64,000 nt of DNA from an uncultured bacterium (GTDB lineage Bacteria; Acidobacteriota; Thermoanaerobaculia; Multivoradales; JAHZIX01). The notes beneath the pieces were generated by a model. It searched no databases. It saw only the letters and a program-made list of their open reading frames with translations, and was not told the DNA's origin. Of the stretch, positions 39,392 to 48,498 are shown in pieces; positions within the stretch are counted from its first letter, which is position 1; every line of letters starts with the position of its first letter. The position numbers and the translations under genes were made by a program. The stretch lies in assembly GCA_965368975.1 (NCBI GenBank), contig CBDUPA010000001.1:704001-768000 (forward strand). The letters run 5' to 3'.

Positions 39392-40048
39392 TCAACTCGT
39401 GACTTGCTTGTTTCTTTCCGGCTTGCCTTTCTCCAGAGTGTGCAGCAGCCAGAGACGCGCGCTGCGCCACTCTCGCTTGACAGTGCGCGGTGAGATCTCG
39501 AGGGTATGTGCGGTCTCTTCGACGGTGAGACCAGCAAAGTAGCGCAGTTCGACGATACGGCTCTGCCGAGGAGCCAGTTGTGTCAGCTCGTGCAGGGCTC
39601 GGTCGAGATCGAGCAAGTCGACGGTGCGGTGCCGATGGCCCCCTGCGCTCCAAGCCTCATCGATCGGAATGATGGTGCAGTCGCCGCCATGCCGCATCGC
39701 TTGGTTGCGGCGGGCGTGGTTGATCAGGAGCCGCCGCATGGTGGTGCCCATGTAGGCGAAGAATTGCGCTCGGCACTGCCAGCTCAGCTCGCGCCCCCCC
39801 GTCAAGCGCAGATACGCCTCGTTCACCAGGGCGGTCGGCTGTAGCGTGTGGCCCCGACGCTGACGCTGTAGGTGGAAGGCGGCGAGTTGACGCAGGTCGT
39901 TGAGCACCAGTGGAAATACGTGCGCCAAGGCAGAAGCGTCCCCCCGAGCCCAGGCGTCGAGAAGCTGGGTGACCTCTCCGGACGGTGGCTCGGTGAAGGC
40001 GCGGCCTTCTTCGTTCGGCGGAGACTCCTGAGGAATGCTACCTACCAT
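39392..40048 (-). CDS. ECF sigma factor, TIGR02999/kinase-associated type
   Basis: VTQLLDAWARGD, HTLQPTALVNEAYL, PRQSRIVELRYFAGLTVEETA, VKREWRSARLWL. Confidence 0.92.
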   Translation of the reverse strand: MVGSIPQESPPNEEGRAFTEPPSGEVTQLLDAWARGDASALAHVFPLVLNDLRQLAAFHLQRQRRGHTLQPTALVNEAYLRLTGGRELSWQCRAQFFAYMGTTMRRLLINHARRNQAMRHGGDCTIIPIDEAWSAGGHRHRTVDLLDLDRALHELTQLAPRQSRIVELRYFAGLTVEETAHTLEISPRTVKREWRSARLWLLHTLEKGKPERNKQVTS

Positions 40049-40154
40049 TGTCCTCTCCTATCGTCCCTTGAGTAGATGTCGCTGCCGGGTGAAGCGCAGT
40101 AGGGCAGAGGACTGGACCATTGTCTTCCCTAGCGGCAAGGAAACTGAGGCGTAG

Positions 40155-42062
40155 CTACTCGTCGAGCTGATCCTTGATACCGAGCCTGCGGATCATGCGG
40201 TGCAGCGAATTGACGTGGATGCCCAGCCGGTCGGCGGTGACGCCGTAGTCGCCGCCGGCTGCGCGGTAGGCGTCGAGGATCAGCTTGCGCTTGAACTCGA
40301 CCAGGGCGGCCTGGAACTCGGACGGCACCTCGGCCGTGCTCTCGCGCACTTCTTCCGGCAGATCCTCGGGTTCGACGACGTCGGTTTCGCCGAGCACCAA
40401 GGCGCGCTCGATGACGTTGCCCAGCTCGCGCACGTTGCCGGGCCAGTCGTAGGCTTGCAGGCAGCGCTCTGCGGCCTGCGAGACGGTGACACCGAGGCGG
40501 CCGAGGCGACGGCCCTGGACGGCCAGGAAGTGACTGCACAGGAGCGGGATGTCGTCGCGACGCTGGCGCAGGGGTGGTGGTTCCAGGGTGATCACCTTGA
40601 GGCGGTAGTAGAGGTCCTCGCGGAACTCGCCGGCACGGATGGCTGCTTCCAGGTCGCGGTTGGTGGCGGCGACGATGCGCACGTCGACGTCGATCGGCCG
40701 CGTCCCACCGACGCGCTCGAATTGCCGCTCCTGCACCACGCGCAGCAGCTTGGCCTGGATCGGCGGTGGAATCTCACCCACCTCGTCGAGAAAGAGAGTG
40801 CCGCCGCCGGCGGTCTCGAACTTGCCGGGCTTGCGCGCCACGGCGCCGGTGAAGGCACCTTTCTCGTGCCCGAAGAGTTCGCTTTCGAGCAGCGTCTCAG
40901 ACAGGGTGGCGCAGTTCACCGCCACGAAAGGACCGGCGGAGCGCGCGCTCGAACGGTGAATGGCCTGGGCGGTGAGTTCCTTGCCGGTCCCGCTCTCGCC
41001 GCGAAGCAACACGGTGGTGTCGGAGCGCGCGACCTTGCCGATGAGGTCGAGCAGCCGCCGCATGGCGGCGCTTGCGCCGATCAAGTCGTGCTGCAGCTGC
41101 TGCGCTTGCAGGCGCCGGTTCTCGGCTTCCAGCCGCTGTAGCTGCAGGCTGTTGGCGAGCGCCAGGGAGGCCACGGCTGACAAACCCTCGAGCAGGTCGA
41201 GGTGGTGAGCGTCGAAGGCACCGGCGACGTGAGTCTCGCCGGTCAGCACGGCCAGCACGGACTCGCCCGCGGGATCGAGGAGGGGAGCCGCGACCCGTGT
41301 GCCGAGGGTGGAGTCGGTGAGTTGCGTGCAGCGCTCGTGCACGGCTTTTTCGACGATTGTCTCCACGAGGGTCCGATTTGCCGCGATTCCATCGGCGGCG
41401 ATTCCATCCCGGCTGGCTGGGCCGGGCTCCACCTGCCGCGAACGCTGCGCCAGCACTTGCGGCTGCTCGTCACCAGGCTGCCACCAGAGCACCTGGGTGC
41501 GCTGTGCGGGTAGGGCCTCGAGCAGTGCGGCGACCACGCGCTCGCCGCACTGCTCCGGCAGCAGTGGCCCCTGCAGTTCGGTGCTCCAGCGCAGCAGGGT
41601 CTGCAGGTCGCGGGCGATCCGCGCCTGGACGGGGAGTTCGGCGTCCAGGTGAGCCGGATCGAGCAGCAAGATCTCGGTGGCTCTGCGCGCGAAGGTACTG
41701 CGGCCGGTGGTCCTTCTGCTGCCGGCAAGTCTTGCGCTCTCGCGTGGCTCGATGCCGCGCGTGTCGGTATCGTTGAGCAGGAAGAGCAAGACACTGCCGC
41801 CGAGAGTCAGCAGGTCGCTGTGTACCAGCTGGTGTTGTCGCACCGGCCGGCCATTGACGAAGACCCCGTGCCGGCTTCCGAGGTCCTGGAGGGTATAGCC
41901 GCCATCGCTGCCCGGCAGCAACTCGCAGTGTCGGCGCGAGATCTCCAGGCTCTCCAGGCGCAAATCACAGTCAGCACTGCGACCGATCGTGAACGGCTTC
42001 GTGAGCAGCGGAAAGGTCTGACCCGCGGCGGGGCCACTGATAGCTACCAGGCGTGGTTTCAA
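40155..42062 (-). CDS. FHA-GAF sigma54-dependent enhancer-binding protein
   Basis: FHA: IGR...SRRH...DLGSRHG.FVNG. AAA+: [39 protein letters not shown]-terminal HTH. Confidence 0.92.
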   Translation of the reverse strand: MKPRLVAISGPAAGQTFPLLTKPFTIGRSADCDLRLESLEISRRHCELLPGSDGGYTLQDLGSRHGVFVNGRPVRQHQLVHSDLLTLGGSVLLFLLNDTDTRGIEPRESARLAGSRRTTGRSTFARRATEILLLDPAHLDAELPVQARIARDLQTLLRWSTELQGPLLPEQCGERVVAALLEALPAQRTQVLWWQPGDEQPQVLAQRSRQVEPGPASRDGIAADGIAANRTLVETIVEKAVHERCTQLTDSTLGTRVAAPLLDPAGESVLAVLTGETHVAGAFDAHHLDLLEGLSAVASLALANSLQLQRLEAENRRLQAQQLQHDLIGASAAMRRLLDLIGKVARSDTTVLLRGESGTGKELTAQAIHRSSARSAGPFVAVNCATLSETLLESELFGHEKGAFTGAVARKPGKFETAGGGTLFLDEVGEIPPPIQAKLLRVVQERQFERVGGTRPIDVDVRIVAATNRDLEAAIRAGEFREDLYYRLKVITLEPPPLRQRRDDIPLLCSHFLAVQGRRLGRLGVTVSQAAERCLQAYDWPGNVRELGNVIERALVLGETDVVEPEDLPEEVRESTAEVPSEFQAALVEFKRKLILDAYRAAGGDYGVTADRLGIHVNSLHRMIRRLGIKDQLDE

Positions 42063-42150
42063 CGTGGGCGGATTCTACCATGCGGTGCGCTCCTGGCTGG
42101 GACTGCTGAGTTCCCCGCAGCGGTAGCGGATGGCCTGGTTCTCGTTGGGC

Positions 42151-44388
42151 TTACTCCTGTTCGGCCTCTTCCAACTGGACCCGTGCCCGACCGACCCGCA
42201 CCAGCTCGCGGCCGGTGCGGATCAGGAAGGTGCCGGGAAGGGCTGCCACGCCGTAGACGGTGTCGTCGGTTGGCAGCAGATTCTCAGCCACGACGGTGAC
42301 CTCGTCGCCATCGTGCCGCAGCACGGTGGTGGCGCCCTTGCGGGTGAAGAAGTACACGCGGTCGCCAGCGGCAACAGGGGAGGCCCAGCAGGCCTCGGCC
42401 AGCCGGTGGCGCCAGCGCAACGCGCCGGTGTCTCGATCGGCGCAGCTGACGACGCCGGCCTTGTTGACGAAGAGAACGCAGTCGCCGTGCACCAGCGGTG
42501 AGCCGAAGCCCGAAGTGATGCCGTCGCCGCGCCACTGGATGCGTGAGTCATCGTTCGCTGCCTCTGGTAGCGTGCCGCGCCGCAGCGCGAAGTTGTGGGC
42601 CGCGCTGCTGCTGGCGACGATCACGAGCTTGCCGTCGATGGTCGCGGACGCCGCCGTGTTGCCTTCCAGACCGTCGAGGCGCCAGCGCACGTCGCCCGTT
42701 GTCGCATCGACGGCTTCGACATGGCCGTTGGCGGAGGAAAGCAGTTCCGCCCCGGTTGGCCCCGGGGCGACGGCCGGCGTCGTCCAGGCGACGCGCGCTG
42801 GCCGCTCGACCTTCCAGTGCGTCGCGCCGGTCTGCCGATCGAGCGCGATCAAGTAGGACGGACCTTCGTGGGTTGCCTGGACGATCACGGACGTTCCTGC
42901 CAGGACAGGCGAGCTGGCGATGCCGTGGTTGCCCTGGAACGGTCCGTAGTCGTCGGTCAGCGAGCGCCGCCACAGGCTCTCGCCCTGGTGGTCGACGGCG
43001 ATGAGGTCGCCGCTCTCCCAGAAAGCATAGACGCGCCGCGCGTCGACCACCGGCGTCGGCGCCGCGCGCGACACCATGTCGCTGGACTGGATCTTCTGGC
43101 TCGCCGCGTAGCGGTACTGCCAGTTCACGTCGCCGGTGCTCAGGTCCAGGCAGGTCAGGACCAGCGTTTCCTTGAACTCGCCCTCGACGCTGGTCACAAA
43201 CACCTGGTCCCCCCACACGACCGGGCTCGACTGGCCGTACCCGGGCAACTCGACTTGCCAGGCCAGCTCGCTCGGCGACCAGCTGACGGGCATGTCGGCG
43301 GAGTGGGCGTGGCTGTTGCCGAAGCCGCGAAAGCCGGGCCAAGCGGCGACGGCGTCTTTACCCAGGGTGCTCAGCGGCACGACCTCGATGTCGGCCCGGT
43401 GCCCCCCGCGGTGGGCACCCCCGACGAAGAGTACCTGGTTGCCGTCGACCAGCAGGCGGTGGAAGAAACGCGGATGTTCCAGGGTGTGGACGCCGGCATG
43501 CCAGGTACCCGTCGGGTCGAGCACGTGGACATTGCCGTCGGCGGTCGAGGTGTAGAGGTGACTGCCGGCGCCGAAGGCGGAAGCACCGAAACCCTTGAGC
43601 CCTTCCGTGGCCGGCAAGTCCGGGCCCTGCGACCAGCTTCCGGCGTCAGGGTCGAAGACATCGACCCGGCGGCTGGTGCCGTCGTCGTGCAGGCCTCCGA
43701 TAGCGTACAGACGCCCGGCCGCCGAGGCGGCTGCCAGAGCGCGGCGCTGGAACGGCTGCTCGAGACGTTCCCAGGCCGGTTCGGCAGCGCTCGGGTCGAG
43801 GCGCCACAGCTCGTCGTGCCACGCGGGATCGAGCTCGGCTCCGCGCAGCTGCCAGCCGCCGACGACGTAGATGTGACCGTCGAGCACCACGGCGTCGTGT
43901 GACGAGCGCGGCGCGGGCAGCGGCGGCAGGGCATGCCAGGTGCCGGCTGCGTCGCCGTTGGCAGTCTCGCCTGCTGGCCGGAAGCACTGGACATCGTCGA
44001 CCGAGAACAGGTCTTCGTCTTCCTCTTGACCGTTGCGTGCGGTCATGCCGCCGAGCCGGCACACTGCGTCGCTGACCGCGACCAGCGCCAGCCCTTGCAG
44101 GCCGGGTACCGGGCCGAGATCCTGCCAGCCGCCGTCGGGGCGTCGCAGGTCGAGGCGCCGGAAGTGGTGGGACAGGTTGTTGGTCGAGTGCTGGTGGGAG
44201 CGGCCGACGTGGCCTCCATAGACGTAGAGGTGATCCCCGAGGACGGCGGCGCCGAAACTGGCGACCGCTTCGGGCATCTCGGGCAGTGGCATCTCGGGCA
44301 GGGGCGTATCCGCCCTCGCTGGCACAGCTCCGAAGGCGAGCAGGCAGCAGGCGAGCAGCAGAGAGACGGTGGTATTGCGTAGGTTCAT
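42151..44388 (-). CDS. Secreted Kelch-repeat plus PQQ-like beta-propeller protein
   Basis: Signal peptide; Kelch YVYGG/YVVGG/YAIGG repeats; WPGFRG...GQSSPVVWG...ASPV PQQ/BamB-like propeller. Confidence 0.85.
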   Translation of the reverse strand: MNLRNTTVSLLLACCLLAFGAVPARADTPLPEMPLPEMPEAVASFGAAVLGDHLYVYGGHVGRSHQHSTNNLSHHFRRLDLRRPDGGWQDLGPVPGLQGLALVAVSDAVCRLGGMTARNGQEEDEDLFSVDDVQCFRPAGETANGDAAGTWHALPPLPAPRSSHDAVVLDGHIYVVGGWQLRGAELDPAWHDELWRLDPSAAEPAWERLEQPFQRRALAAASAAGRLYAIGGLHDDGTSRRVDVFDPDAGSWSQGPDLPATEGLKGFGASAFGAGSHLYTSTADGNVHVLDPTGTWHAGVHTLEHPRFFHRLLVDGNQVLFVGGAHRGGHRADIEVVPLSTLGKDAVAAWPGFRGFGNSHAHSADMPVSWSPSELAWQVELPGYGQSSPVVWGDQVFVTSVEGEFKETLVLTCLDLSTGDVNWQYRYAASQKIQSSDMVSRAAPTPVVDARRVYAFWESGDLIAVDHQGESLWRRSLTDDYGPFQGNHGIASSPVLAGTSVIVQATHEGPSYLIALDRQTGATHWKVERPARVAWTTPAVAPGPTGAELLSSANGHVEAVDATTGDVRWRLDGLEGNTAASATIDGKLVIVASSSAAHNFALRRGTLPEAANDDSRIQWRGDGITSGFGSPLVHGDCVLFVNKAGVVSCADRDTGALRWRHRLAEACWASPVAAGDRVYFFTRKGATTVLRHDGDEVTVVAENLLPTDDTVYGVAALPGTFLIRTGRELVRVGRARVQLEEAEQE

Positions 44389-44398
44389 CTGCATCTCC

Positions 44399-46687
44399 TC
44401 AGAAGTGCACGCGCAGCTGCGCGCCGAAGTTGCGGCCGGGGCTGGTGTAGCGGTCGAGCGTCGCGGAGGTCTGCGCCTGGCCGCGCACGTACGGCCACTG
44501 CCAGTAGGCCTCGTCCGTCAGGTTCCAGCCGCTGAGCTGGAGTGACAGGCGGTCGTGAAGCGCGATCCACAGTGCCAGGTCGACGACTTCGTAGCCTGGG
44601 GCGCGGAATTGCGTCGAGTCGGTGGGCAGGTCGCTGGCAGCCTTGGCCGCGACCTGCGTCGCCGTCAGCTCGGCGCCCCAGCGCTCGCGGGCGGCGTAGC
44701 GCAGGCCGAGCACCAGGCGCGGCGGCGCGATCGATGTGAGGGGTTGGTCCGCCAGCTCGTCGTCACCTTCGATCCAGGTGTAAGCCGCGCGCAGATTCCA
44801 GCCGCTGCCCAGGTCTGTCTCGGCGGCGAGTTCGAGGCCGCGGATGCGCACGTCCTGCAGGTTCTGCGGCTGGAACTCGACCAGGAAGAGCCGTGGGTTG
44901 AAGCCCAGGAAGACGGTCTCGATGAAGTCCTGATAGCGGTTGTCGAAGCTGGTCAGGCTGAAGCTGCCGCGCTGGCCACCTGCTTTGCCGTCCTTGTTGC
45001 TGATGGTGAACGTTGCGCGCACGCCTAGCTCGTAGTTGTCGCTGGTTTCGGGCCGCAGGTCCGGGTTGGGCAGGGTGTGGTAGCCACCGGCCTGGTTGGT
45101 GAAGCCGTTGTTGATCGAGCTCATTGGCGGTGCTCGGAATCCGCGCGCGACCTGGCCGAAGACGGAAACTTCGTCACTCAGCGCCAGCACCGCGCCGAGA
45201 CGCGGAGACACCGCTTCCTCGATGTAGTCCACCGGTGCGAGTGTGCCCGGGTTGCCGGAAAGATAGATCGAGTCCTGCTGGTCGGCGTCTAGATTGTAGC
45301 GGTCGAGACGCAGGCCGGGGACCAGCTTCAGGCGGCCGTTCCACAGGTCGAACTCACCCTGGACGAAGACGCCCAGCTCCTCGACCTCCGAGCGCGGGAA
45401 GTACTTGCTCGGCAGCGCCAGCGACTGCGCGATCGCCTCTCCGCTGGCGAGCAGGAACTCGCTGCGGTCGCGCAACTGGTCGAAGCTGTCGCGCTGCAGG
45501 CTGAGGCCGTAGGTCAGCACTTGCCGGCCGTCGCCGCACAGGTCTTTGCGCAGGTCGATCTCGAGCCCCAGAGTTTCCTGCTCGAAGGTCAGCAAGCCTT
45601 CGCGGTGTAGGCCGGCCGTGACGCCAGCGATGTCACGCTCACGCAGCTCGTCGGTGACCTGCCCGGTGTTGCTCTGCTGGGTGTAGGCGCGCCAGAGCAG
45701 CGAATCGGCCAGCGTCGTCTGCAGCACCAAGCTGTGCTCTACGCTGCCGCGCCAGCGCTCCTGCCGGTCCTCGGCGGCGAGAGCGAGGATGGTGTCCGGC
45801 TGGGCGGGCCCCTGCGCCGGCGCCAGGCTGCTGAGCACGTCCGTGTCGGTGCTGCCCTCGAACCATTCGAGAGCGAATTCGAGCTGGTTGCTGGGGCTCA
45901 GGCTGTGGCCCAGCTTGGCCAGGAGGTTGTCTTGCTGGCGGTCGATCGGATTGGGACGTGTGCGGGTGAAGTCCGAGTTGCCGATGTCGCCCTGGTTGTC
46001 CTGCTCGTGGCCGTCACGGTGACTGTAGAACAGCAGACCTTGCCAGGTGTCATGCCCAAACGCGATGGTGGCGGCTTCGGAGATCTCGTCGGCGCGGCCG
46101 TCGTAGCCACCGCGCAGGCCCAGGTACAAGGGGCCGCCGTCGAGATAGGAGCGCGGTGAGCGGGTCGTCAGGCTGACGACGCCGCCGAGCGCGTCGCTGC
46201 CGTAGAGCGCCGAGCCGGCACTGCGCACGATCTCGACTCGCGACAGTGTGTCGAGGTCGAGGGTGTACTGCGGGACACCGAACGGGCCGAAGTCGAATTG
46301 CTCGGCCGTCGGGATGCCGTCGATGCGTGTCTGCACTCGATTGCCGCCAATGCCGCGGATGTTGAAGCCGTTGCTACCGAGGCGGGTGAGATCACCGTCG
46401 ACATAGATGCCCGGCAGATAGCGCACCAGGTCGCTGAGCTGCCTGTGGCCCAGTTCTTCGATCTCAGCGGCTCCCACCACGTCGACCTGTCCCGGTGTGT
46501 CCTTGACCGCGCGTTCCGAGCGCGTCGCTGTTACAGTGATGGTCTCAAGTAGCGTGATATCGTCCCAATTCTGGGAAGGCGGTTGCGGGGTTGCCGCGGT
46601 CGAAGGGACGGTCAAGCCGAGACCCAAGGCCACGGCCAATGTCCACCGCGTGAGTCCGCCCGGACTCACATTCATGGCACAGTTCAT
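44399..46687 (-). CDS. TonB-dependent receptor, heme/hemoglobin-like
   Basis: TonB box ETITVTATR; plug NIRGIGGNRV..IDG and GSALYGSDALGGV; FRAP and NPDL motifs; terminal Phe; GGAGG before ATG 46687. Confidence 0.88.
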   Translation of the reverse strand: MNCAMNVSPGGLTRWTLAVALGLGLTVPSTAATPQPPSQNWDDITLLETITVTATRSERAVKDTPGQVDVVGAAEIEELGHRQLSDLVRYLPGIYVDGDLTRLGSNGFNIRGIGGNRVQTRIDGIPTAEQFDFGPFGVPQYTLDLDTLSRVEIVRSAGSALYGSDALGGVVSLTTRSPRSYLDGGPLYLGLRGGYDGRADEISEAATIAFGHDTWQGLLFYSHRDGHEQDNQGDIGNSDFTRTRPNPIDRQQDNLLAKLGHSLSPSNQLEFALEWFEGSTDTDVLSSLAPAQGPAQPDTILALAAEDRQERWRGSVEHSLVLQTTLADSLLWRAYTQQSNTGQVTDELRERDIAGVTAGLHREGLLTFEQETLGLEIDLRKDLCGDGRQVLTYGLSLQRDSFDQLRDRSEFLLASGEAIAQSLALPSKYFPRSEVEELGVFVQGEFDLWNGRLKLVPGLRLDRYNLDADQQDSIYLSGNPGTLAPVDYIEEAVSPRLGAVLALSDEVSVFGQVARGFRAPPMSSINNGFTNQAGGYHTLPNPDLRPETSDNYELGVRATFTISNKDGKAGGQRGSFSLTSFDNRYQDFIETVFLGFNPRLFLVEFQPQNLQDVRIRGLELAAETDLGSGWNLRAAYTWIEGDDELADQPLTSIAPPRLVLGLRYAARERWGAELTATQVAAKAASDLPTDSTQFRAPGYEVVDLALWIALHDRLSLQLSGWNLTDEAYWQWPYVRGQAQTSATLDRYTSPGRNFGAQLRVHF

Positions 46688-46856
46688 GGATGCTTCCTCC
46701 ATGGATCGCCGCGCCGGTTGCCGCCGGCACGGTGGTTGTTTCCTAGGGGCGATGGTCCGCCAGCTTTCGCGAGTCGACGGGCCATCGCCTGTTTCCGTTT
46801 GAGTCGGCCCTAGCTTGTCTCTCCGGAACTCCCAGCAGAGAGGTGACGAGAGGTTG

Positions 46857-46875
46857 TTGAGACAATGTCTCATTA
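46857..46875. promoter_or_regulatory. Fur-box-like palindrome
   Basis: TTGAGACAATGTCTCATTA (TGAGAC-AAT-GTCTCA), upstream of the TonB receptor. Confidence 0.7.
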
Positions 46876-47011
46876 TGGCCTGGGCAAATACTGGACCATA
46901 ATGGTCCCCTTGTCAAATGCCCGCTCCAAGGGGTAGTCGGTTTACAATCGACGCGATCCTCTGCTCGCTATCTTGATCTGTACCGCTCCGCTTCATCGAC
47001 CAGGAGTTCCT

Positions 47012-48451
47012 GTGCCTAGGAAGACCGCGCCCCTGACTCCCGAGCTGCGGGCCAACCACCGCTCGCTGTCCTCGACTTCCGAACACTTCGTCGACTTCAT
47101 CGTCGAACAGCCGGCGTGGCATCGCATCATCACGGACATCTTCGATGTCGTGCCGGAACTCGAGCCGCACGAGGTGCAGACTTGGCCGACGTTCGTGGAT
47201 CGCGAGGTCTACGACGGGATGGGGCGCGTGGCAGTGCGCATCTTCGACCTGGTCAAGAGCCTGCCCGAGCGCCTGTGTGGCAGCGATCCGACGAAGGTCG
47301 CCGAGTTGTGGCGGCTACCGAGCGTCGAGGCGGCCGAGAAGATCCTGCAGGAGCCGGTGGGCTGGAGCGCGGCGACGGCACGGGTTGACTTCATGCTAGG
47401 TCCAGACGGCTGGCAAGCCCTGGAGCTGAACGTCTCGCCGTCGCTCGGTGGCGTCCAGCTGTACGCCATTTGGGACCTGTGCCTGGAGCAGCCGACGATC
47501 CAGGAATTCGTGGCCCAAGAGGTAGCGCGCGGCGGCGGCGAGCTCGAGGCGGTGCAGACGTTGGTCGAATTCCAGCAGTACCTGGTGCGCGACACGCTCG
47601 ACTTCCTGCAGGACGTGGGCGGTTCTGGCTCGCCGAGGGACGTCAACATGGGCTGGTGCGTGCCGGAGTCGGTGGACATCGAGGCGGCGGAAGAAAACCT
47701 GAATCACTTCTACGCCGAGCTGCTGGAGACCGTCGACCCAGCGCTGTCGGGCAAGTACGTCCTGTTCACGGACTACGCGCAGCTGGAGGAGAAGGACGAC
47801 GGTCTTTACTGCCGGGGCCAGCGCCTGCACATGATGCAGTGCTTCCCGAGCTACGATCTACCGGACGTGCTCTACCGGGCCTTCAAGGCGCGCAAGCTGA
47901 GCCTCTATGGCGCACCGATGCAGAACCTGCTCAGCGATCGTCGTTGCCTGTGCTTGTTGTCCGAGCACGCGTCGAATCGCGAACTGTTCAGCGCCGAAGA
48001 GCGGGCGTTCATCCAGCGTCACGTGCCGTGGACGCGGCTGGTGCGACCGGGGCGGACACGCTGGCATGGACGCTTCGCGCGCACCGAGAAGCTGCTTCTC
48101 GAGCAGCGCGACAAACTGCTGGTCAAGCCCTGCCTGGCGCACGGCGGCGACGGCGTCACCGCGGGCTTCGCACGCACGGACCGTCAGTGGCAGCGGTTGA
48201 TCGAGCACGCGCTGGCAGCACCGGACGACGCCACGCAGGAGATGATCGTGCAGGAGTTCGTGCCCTCGAAGCTCTACCTGTACCAGGTCGGCGAGCAAGG
48301 CTTTGCGCCGCACCGCATGGTGTGGGGCTGCTTCGTCTTCGGCGAGCAACCGGCGGGGCCCTACGTGCGCGTGATTCCGGAGTCCTTGCACCAGGGTGTG
48401 GTCAACGTGCAGAAGGGGGCCTTGCAGTCGCCGGTGGTGCTGGTCGGCTGA
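47012..48451 (+). CDS. Circularly permuted ATP-grasp amide ligase 1 (glutathionylspermidine synthase/CP-ATPgrasp-like)
   Basis: AGGAG then GTG at 47012; RVDF...LELNVS..LGG, SDRR.L.LLSE, HVPWTR, LLVKP...GG.GV..G, IVQEFV, VVNV..G. Confidence 0.72.
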   Translation: MPRKTAPLTPELRANHRSLSSTSEHFVDFIVEQPAWHRIITDIFDVVPELEPHEVQTWPTFVDREVYDGMGRVAVRIFDLVKSLPERLCGSDPTKVAELWRLPSVEAAEKILQEPVGWSAATARVDFMLGPDGWQALELNVSPSLGGVQLYAIWDLCLEQPTIQEFVAQEVARGGGELEAVQTLVEFQQYLVRDTLDFLQDVGGSGSPRDVNMGWCVPESVDIEAAEENLNHFYAELLETVDPALSGKYVLFTDYAQLEEKDDGLYCRGQRLHMMQCFPSYDLPDVLYRAFKARKLSLYGAPMQNLLSDRRCLCLLSEHASNRELFSAEERAFIQRHVPWTRLVRPGRTRWHGRFARTEKLLLEQRDKLLVKPCLAHGGDGVTAGFARTDRQWQRLIEHALAAPDDATQEMIVQEFVPSKLYLYQVGEQGFAPHRMVWGCFVFGEQPAGPYVRVIPESLHQGVVNVQKGALQSPVVLVG

Positions 48452-48498
48452 ACTCAGCGTTCGATTTTGATTTGATCCAAGGAGGAGGAACTGTACCC

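Noticed and set aside
41380-41410. [10 protein letters not shown] duplication in the sigma54 activator (and PLPEMPLPEMP in the Kelch protein)
   Set aside because: Single 15-nt slippage duplications in linkers with no evidence of function.
47470-48498. 343-aa N-terminal extension of the second ATP-grasp ORF (possible frameshift fusion)
   Set aside because: The extension is an R/A/G/P-rich off-frame reading of the first ligase gene. A strong SD precedes ATG 48499, and the two paralogs align from their own starts.
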